Of a stretch of 64,000 bases of DNA, positions 58,301-64,000 are shown one piece after another. The stretch's first letter is position 1, and the number at the start of each line of letters is the position of its first letter. Below the pieces are notes generated by a model. That model made no database searches and had not been told where the DNA came from. It saw only the letters and a list, made by a program, of their open reading frames with translations. Position numbers and translations under genes: made by a program. Where the stretch lies: positions 30,732 to 94,731 of IMG/VR virus record IMGVR_UViG_3300037418_003024, one strand, 5' to 3'. This stretch comes from a virus.

Positions 58301-59886
58301 CAGAAGCTGTCGCGACGCCGTCGGAGCCACAGTCCGACGAAGACGCTTACCTGCGCGAGAAGTACGGTACTCGCCCTGTTGCCGCGACGGGCCGGTATCT
58401 TGACCGAAAGCACCTCCAGGACCTGCGCGACCAGATCGAGCGCAAACAGGCGCAACTTGACCGCCTCAACGGACAGCAGGATCGCAACGGCGCACTGCCT
58501 GGAACGTTCGTCACCGGCCGTAGTGGGGTGTCCGCATCGTACAGCAAGAAGCTGAATCGGCAACTTGACCGAACGATTGACACCGCCGTCAACATCGTCG
58601 CCCTGACAAAGGAACTTCCTGAGCTCAAAAGGCGGCTCGAGCTGTATGAATCTGGCCGCATCAACGAGCAGGGGCGCACGATCGATTCGCCGTCAACGCT
58701 TCGTAAGCAGATAGCCGGCGCGGAATCGATCCTGTCGAGTGGGATGCTCAAGGGCAAGCCACTTACGGCGGAGGACCGATCGGCCATACGCGATATTCTC
58801 AAGTCGGCGAAGGAACGGTTGAAGCGGATCAAACCGGAGGACTACGCGCCGGAGGATACTGGGGTCGAGAAGTCCGTCGCCTCCATCATCATCAACGGGC
58901 TCCGCGCGGCCGGCAAGAAGTCCGCGAAGACTATCCCATCGACGGCGCCCGGCGTCACGGCCGGTAAGACGTCCGCGCAAGCGCCGATACACGAGATCCA
59001 TTCGCCGATCACCGGGGCCATGCAGTCGCACAAGTTCACGTGGCACCAGGTCGCCCACCGGACCGAGAAGGGGCCGGGAGGCGAGTACGGCCACTTCTCG
59101 CATCTACTCTCGCACGCGAACCCGCAGGCGGCCATGGAGAAGATGCGCACGCACCTCGCGTCGACCGGGCACACCGTGAGCGAGGTGAAGCGGAACCGGA
59201 TTACGCAAGGGGACAAGACGAAGCACGTCTACCAGTTCCAGGCGCACAAGGACGGGCAGATGCATACGTTCACCGCAGCGAAGATGGACGCGCCAGTGTC
59301 GGCGTCGGCCGGCGGCTCAAACGCGGGACCAGTGCCGTCGGCGAAGCCCGTCGCCGATATGCTGTCCAAGATGGGGCATCCCGTGTCAAAGAGTACCGAC
59401 GATCCGTTCGGAGCTCACCTCTCGAACCTCGGCTTCAAAAATCACTCGTTCAGCCGGAGTGGCGACACGTTCACGCATACGATGGACCATCACTCACCGG
59501 ACAGTTCCGCCGCAGATCTTGGTAACTTGTTGAAGTCGCGCGGGCATTCGTTGGGAGATAATCCTTACGAGCTACTGTCGCGTCAAGCGGCGAACGCGTC
59601 ATCGAAGGTTGGCCCGAATCGGCCTACTCATGCGCCGTCGAGTTCGGTACGACTGACGAGCCAATATAAGGGCATCACGCACCATTGGAACATTAACAAG
59701 GTGGCCGGTAATCGCCCCGGCGGCCCGCTACGGGAGCGGCCGGAGTTGCCGATCGGGAAAGAGCCGAAGATGATGGCGAAGGCGGTCGTCGTGGTCATGA
59801 ACCGCCGACTGTGCCGATCGTGCGGCCGTCCGTCCGACGGGGCGGAGTGCTACGCGTGTCTGGGGAAGGCGTTGGTGGGTGGGTAA
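55336..59886 (+). CDS. Large polyvalent protein 2: DNA N6-adenine methyltransferase, DUF6011-like Zn finger and unknown modules
   Basis: YFPTP..VLEPNGGKG..YDRIVMNPPF..LKPGGRMVAVM; CRICGRKL.D..S..RGVGPEC; terminal CRSC..CYAC. Confidence 0.82.
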   Translation: MLIHVTGLQKAVDRRDKGATLDMFGEAPPQSPPPAPKQKPAAVSVADRTKSKVDAALASGHTPLSHDTPIGSHVTDHATGDKFELINHTDNRGPQLREIGGKRLVFPMEHGGGHDYTAHPHAAAGQTQVNPKTGKTIKGGQFAPKSGTPQGSETTPQAKPETPQVSGPLTFDQHNDFIKRLFAGEASSDELQQHADAYITDEGAIKADLGKHKVDDLLKMIGGYVHDKKKSSLVDHAYHDGLQRLALGRTISYQLFGKDTFTSAARKVIAGVTDADIKKFAEDRAERIAARKRALTDPQTYDEFQTFIHYRGESKLTPEQRVRWDDLQAEHNRGLGGLPSKPKATGNASSAAVAGAGITVKESVHTKHGYPIWIAQLPARVDRDKYNELNAKAKELGGYYSSYGSKDNHGFTFKSKEAADKFAGQEIAGADKPEAEPAAESAPAPVEAKRNPTADKLRTVADRMRERAEENLGRERATNTAKRAREAGYAEEAARRELAMANTLQNVADAIETGEVKHLNGLTSKAQVEALNTALSRAHWAHVKARQKAGELAYNVDAGDIPTTASDVDHTDYPYPYIHGSYIRDAAAELAQKSGKKRLAARLQAMPIGDGYVKNSEHIRTLQEAAEALKGGRAHSPGAYLKDRMADYDRLHRMGIKDLPSLRAALREFLPLRSDRSKPDPIKEKERALIGRRIPGYFPTPRELARDIVRDADIRPGMQVLEPNGGKGNIADVVRDEHPDADLSTVEPVQDLRDILTAKGHKLVGHDFLDHGEQYDRIVMNPPFENRQDVEHVRHAYNLLKPGGRMVAVMSEGPFGGSSKKDEEFRDWLMSHGGRSEKLPDGSFTGAQAERQTGVSTRKVIIDKPREATMPMSKAIVVAGLSKATDKPGDKRPKYHGIAQAIVILGIRKAVDARDASTGDLFSGKDNPTDHTRCRICGRKLRDDVSRRRGVGPECWEKIGHHAAAIKKMPHPSKVPGVGNLSIDFDKEPEAVATPSEPQSDEDAYLREKYGTRPVAATGRYLDRKHLQDLRDQIERKQAQLDRLNGQQDRNGALPGTFVTGRSGVSASYSKKLNRQLDRTIDTAVNIVALTKELPELKRRLELYESGRINEQGRTIDSPSTLRKQIAGAESILSSGMLKGKPLTAEDRSAIRDILKSAKERLKRIKPEDYAPEDTGVEKSVASIIINGLRAAGKKSAKTIPSTAPGVTAGKTSAQAPIHEIHSPITGAMQSHKFTWHQVAHRTEKGPGGEYGHFSHLLSHANPQAAMEKMRTHLASTGHTVSEVKRNRITQGDKTKHVYQFQAHKDGQMHTFTAAKMDAPVSASAGGSNAGPVPSAKPVADMLSKMGHPVSKSTDDPFGAHLSNLGFKNHSFSRSGDTFTHTMDHHSPDSSAADLGNLLKSRGHSLGDNPYELLSRQAANASSKVGPNRPTHAPSSSVRLTSQYKGITHHWNINKVAGNRPGGPLRERPELPIGKEPKMMAKAVVVVMNRRLCRSCGRPSDGAECYACLGKALVGG

Positions 59887-59891
59887 ATAGT

Positions 59892-59921
59892 AAAGCCAGC
59901 CCGCGATTGTGGGCTGGCTTT
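59892..59921. terminator. Bidirectional intrinsic terminator
   Basis: AAAGCCAGCCC...GGGCTGGCTTT between convergent genes. Confidence 0.75.
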
Positions 59922-60076
59922 GCGGAATGTTCGCTACAACTTCGGGCGCATAACGCCGTCGCCTTCGAACTTGACATTGTGGGCGGCCCTATCCGCACTC
60001 CTACTGATCTTTCACTCAGTCGGTTCACACCGGGCCGCAGGGCATGCCGAGAGCACTTCGTATATTCTAGCCTCAA

Positions 60077-62674
60077 TTACAGCTTGCGCGCCTTGTAGGC
60101 TTTGTACCAAACGTCAAACTTGTGCTTGAGCAATGCTTCGACCTCGCCGTTATTCGCGGTCGATATAAAGATGCTCTCGCCGTTCTCGCGCCTGGTGCTC
60201 GCCGTAAATCCGGCCAAGAACCCTAAAAAGAACGCATTGGAAACATCGACCTCGGCCGCGCCAAGCTTTTCGCCGACCTTGGCCCCGGCTAGTTCTAGTT
60301 GCCGATCATTCATCCTTTACCCCCACCACCACCATCGTTGCCTTGTCACATTGAAGTGCCGTTCTAGCGCCTTGCCTTGCCGCGTTTCTGCGTGTCGGTC
60401 CTCAACGGCAAAGTCTTTCTCTCCGCGATGAGTACGCAATGGGGCGTCGCACCAGAAGTAAGCGCAACCTGTTAAAGACGGCGCGACGATGGCATCGCGC
60501 CCAACCCAGTTAAACCCGCACTTTGGGCACTTTGCGGGAATAGGGGCCGGAAACTCCAACACGTTGAGGTCAAGACTAAGTTGGCTCATATGCCCTAAAC
60601 GCAACGCGGGTCAAGAAGCCAATAGGCGATCTTCCGTTGGCTGTCGCTGTCCCAGTGGTCCATTCCTTCAAGCGTCTCACGGGGTAGCGCGTTCATAGCA
60701 TCGCACCACGCGCACTGAAAAGTAACCGGACGGCAATCGCAACTCCCGTCCTCGACGATGCGCTTCAACGCCTTCGCCATTCTGTCGTAATCGCTCATCG
60801 CCTCTCCCAATTCGAGCACTCCGTCACGTCGACGCGATGCTCATAGCCACTGGAATAACCCGTGCGTTTGTCGAAATTGCGGTTGAGCCACACGTCGCCC
60901 AACCGACTCGCGCCGACAACACGGTACGTTCGCCCCTTGTACGTGCAGAAGAGTGAGTGCTGGGCGAGCCATGCGTCTTTCTCCTGCAGCCACGCCGACA
61001 TCTCTTTGATGGACAGACCGTCGGGATACGTCGACCGGAAGCGTTCCAGCCATTCTTTGGCCTTACGCTCGGCTTCGTCGACGGGCGGCTCGTCGAGCCA
61101 GTCGTCGACGTGAGTGGCGGTGGTGCGGAGTTCGACTGGTTCACGAACGCATTGAATTCCCCATCGGTCACATTCTTCGGGGCGGCAAAGCTGACCGCCG
61201 CTGGTCATGCAGGGCGGATGGTCTTCAAGGCTCACGCTGAACTCCAGACTTTTCCAGCAGCCGCTGCATTCCGCGCTTCAGATTGCCTTTCCCAAGAACA
61301 TACACTGCGTGGTGTATATCGCCCATTAACTTAGGGTCGATATTGCCGAGGGCACCACTCGGATAGCCCGCAGACTTGGCCCATGTCGTCGAATACATGC
61401 CCCGGTAGGTCCGTTCATCAATAAGCCCCCACGGATTGATTGACTGGTCGCGAACTCGTACTGGGCGCCGCAACTCTTTCGCCGCCTTAGTTGCTGCCGC
61501 GCATGCTCCAAGAAACGGTTCAGGAAGATCTTCCCATCGAGTCGGACGCTGACGATGGCGGTTGAGCCCATATATTGCATCGGTAATCTCTTCGGCGGCG
61601 AGGATTGAGAATTGCGCCCAAACTCCAGATGACGGATGCGGCCTTATACTGAGGACCACATTCTTATCAGGCGTCGTAAGAACCCAACGACCTATGTCTT
61701 TGAGATCATCCCATCCGAAGTTTGGGTAACCGAAGCGGCGGAATAGGTAAGTGAAGAGAGTGCCATACGGGACCTCGCTCCCGAAAACTGGTCCGAATAC
61801 GGGATCATAGAACTCGTCTTTGCCTTCCGGTGTGTCGAGGAGTTCCAAAAGATTAAGGGAACGCATTCTCTGTTTTGGGCATGCAAGTTTCATAGGCATC
61901 ATTCTACGTCGGCAGGCTGCGAAGTATCATCAGGATGGCGCTCCGCCCGAAGGCAGTATTTCAGCGTAACCTGAACTTCTTCAGTGAGGATCTGCAGATA
62001 CTCAGTTGTCGTCAGCTTGTGCGCTGATCGCACTGCGTGAAGGTGCCCATTAATCTCTGACTGCGCAGTGCCGACGATTTGGGTTCGCGGGTGCTGCCTG
62101 GGCAGATTATCTTCGAAAAACGGCATCAGGCAATCACCTTCACACACGACTTTGACAACTCGACTAGCCTCTCACCTAGGTTCGTGCCAACAGTCGGCCA
62201 CAATCCGACGGTCACTAGATCTTCACCAATAGCTATCACATAGCCCTGCCGGTGCAAATCTTCCGGGCGTGAGGCAATGTAATCGTCATGGATAATCTGG
62301 ACGACGCAGCCAACCACAGGACGCGCGCTCGGTCGGGGTGGCGTTTCCGGGGCGAAGCCAGATAAAAATGACGCGCGATACTCGTCCAAGATGTCGGCCG
62401 CGTCGACGAGTTTTGCGGCGATCAGTCGCGCGTCATCCGCACTGATCTCGACAGCCCCGCTGTCGCCTTCGCAGACCACCCGCATGCCTATCCCGCCATC
62501 CTGTCCGAATTCGACAAGCACTTCCTGGTCGGCGTCCTGATAGAAGCCGATCTCGCGCCGCCACGGCCACTCGCCTGACGTCCCGGAAATCTCCTCGTGT
62601 TCGTCGAGGACGACCTTTGCCGCGTGAGACATTATCTGCGCGCCGCTCATATTTTCTAAGTCGAGCATATTCAA
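60077..62674 (-). CDS. Leftward operon of hypothetical ORFs (60077-60313, 60317-60604, 60595-60819, 60795-61235, 61225-61902, 61899-62147, 62126-62674)
   Basis: Tightly packed or overlapping co-oriented ORFs; no families recognised. Confidence 0.55.
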
Positions 62675-62685
62675 TACCTCCGATA

Positions 62686-62814
62686 TCGGGTCGGCAGGAT
62701 TCGAACCTGCACGTGTCTCAGCCGGGGGATCAGCCCGGCCTATGGGCTACGTCGTACGCCTTCGCCCTGCGACGCCGGCTGCACCGGCGCGTCTGCCAAT
62801 TCCGCCACGACCCG
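62686..62814 (-). ncRNA. tRNA-like RNA (129 nt) with expanded centre and no canonical anticodon arm
   Basis: Acceptor CGGGTCG/CGACCCG + A; D-arm TGGCGGAATTGGCAGACGC; T-arm GCAGG-TTCGAAT-CCTGC; three hairpins between. Confidence 0.8.
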
Positions 62815-63123
62815 TTAAAATCTTCCGATGGACAACCATACGTTTTTCAGTTCGTGGATCAGTGTAATACCGTCGAATTGCTCCAAGCATGTGAAATCAC
62901 GGGCAGTTTGTTCGTCGTTAAACACGCCGACAATGACGCGTCCGTTCGTGGTTTCGTGCGCAGTGCTAACAACGTGCGTAAATCCGCACGCCGTTAGCAT
63001 GTTTTCGTACACCGGCTCGCCGTCCTCTGTGATGAATACACGACTTTCAGCAGATAGTCGATTTAACGCGGTCGCAAGTGATCCGCCTAAGTTCGTTACC
63101 TGTGCGTTTTTCGGTTTCGGCAT
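62815..63123 (-). CDS. Hypothetical protein, first gene of the leftward operon
   Basis: GGAG RBS; 102 aa. Confidence 0.55.
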   Translation of the reverse strand: MPKPKNAQVTNLGGSLATALNRLSAESRVFITEDGEPVYENMLTACGFTHVVSTAHETTNGRVIVGVFNDEQTARDFTCLEQFDGITLIHELKNVWLSIGRF

Positions 63124-63422
63124 GGTTGGGCTCCGTTCATAGGCGGATTAGAGACGCGCCAGAGTGAAATCTGGAGCCCTGCCAACGATCGACAGGGCTC
63201 CGTCGCCGGCCTACCGCCTCCGGCCTGGTCCTCGCCGCTTATCCGCATTTACACGGCCCTGGATACCAGCGCAACCCATCCCCGACGCCGCCGGAACCGA
63301 TGGAGTACTCTATCCGACCTTGCCCAGATGGGCTCAGGGCAATATGCATTCGCGCCGCCGAAACGGCCTCCGTACGAATGCCTCGCAGGGTGATGCGTCA
63401 CGAGTCTGCGTCCCTAGTTGTG

Positions 63423-63456
63423 TTGACATTATAACAGGGATGTGATACCATGTCAA
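63423..63456. promoter_or_regulatory. Overlapping divergent sigma70 promoters
   Basis: Minus: TTGACA - 17 nt - TATAAT; plus: TTGACA (63423) - 17 nt - TACCAT (63446). Confidence 0.8.
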
Positions 63457-63504
63457 TATATTGTATATACAGTGTATGCCCATCATAATACATAACGCTA
63501 CAAT

Positions 63505-63723
63505 ATGGGCATGTCACCATACAAACGAGGAATTCCGGTGAAGCCTAAAGTCCCACGTAGCTTCCGTCTGTCTCCATTGGCGGACGAACTACTCGATCGT
63601 ATCTCTGAAGAGGACGGTATTGACAATACTGCCGTGCTCGAAACTATCATTCGCAAGGAAGCCGCAGGGCGAGGTATGGATCTAAAAGCAGTTCAGGCAG
63701 AAATTGATAAGAGGATGCCGTAA
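63505..63723 (+). CDS. Ribbon-helix-helix (CopG-like) regulator
   Basis: PRSFRLSPLADELLDRISEEDGIDNTAVLETIIR. Confidence 0.75.
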   Translation: MGMSPYKRGIPVKPKVPRSFRLSPLADELLDRISEEDGIDNTAVLETIIRKEAAGRGMDLKAVQAEIDKRMP

Positions 63724-63947
63724 TGTCGGATAAATGGCGTGGCCAATTAATCGATGGGCTGTTCGGCTACGACTACGATTATGTTTGGTGCCCGCGCAAG
63801 CTATTAGAGGCTCACCCAACAGTAGTGCGCAGTGTAATGAGGTCGGTCACGCATTTCAATGGCCGAGAATATCTTCGACGAATTGGATGGCGAAACCGAT
63901 TGATTTTTGTGGTGCTGGGTCCAAGGATGCGGCTGCTGTCAGTTTAA
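63723..63947 (+). CDS. Hypothetical protein
   Basis: TAATG-coupled ORF. Confidence 0.4.
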   Translation: MSDKWRGQLIDGLFGYDYDYVWCPRKLLEAHPTVVRSVMRSVTHFNGREYLRRIGWRNRLIFVVLGPRMRLLSV

Positions 63948-64000
63948 AAGCGAAGGTGCGATCTTGAACGTAGTGCGTCTCTTAGATAAATGGGTTTATA

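Noticed and set aside
62686-62814. Ordinary tRNA-Leu(CAG) or tmRNA
   Set aside because: CAG sits in a 5-nt loop without the canonical U33/purine-37 context; too short for tmRNA, has a D-stem, and has no tag ORF or G:U alanine identity pair

Overview
The window is a GC-rich segment of a temperate tailed-phage genome; no host housekeeping genes are visible. From left to right it holds: a subtilisin plus methyltransferase/glycosyltransferase/radical-SAM cluster (1.5-11.3 kb); tail/receptor-type genes; a lysis block; a tyrosine integrase beside an attP-like 3' half of tRNA-Arg(CCG); an ImmA-repressor-Cro switch; early genes (two KGG stress proteins, SMC-like ATPase, RecT, MBL hydrolase, methyltransferases, RusA, primase-helicase and an iteron-like origin); an IS200/IS605-ended cassette; a SigB/F/G-like sigma factor; terminase, portal and MuF-like head genes; two very large polyvalent proteins; and a leftward operon containing a tRNA-like RNA. 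No major capsid, prohead protease or tape measure gene was recognised, so the genome probably extends beyond the window. The most striking signal is that the two giant proteins are strings of unrelated domains (pyrophosphatase, HiPIP-like, HAD phosphatase, LPD3, DNA methyltransferase, zinc fingers) punctuated about 15 times by one linker motif (hydrophobic strand-G-L-x-K-A/S), which also ends the portal. This suggests a capsid-targeted, protease-processed modular cargo system. Family assignments come from motif recognition by eye, not database searches.
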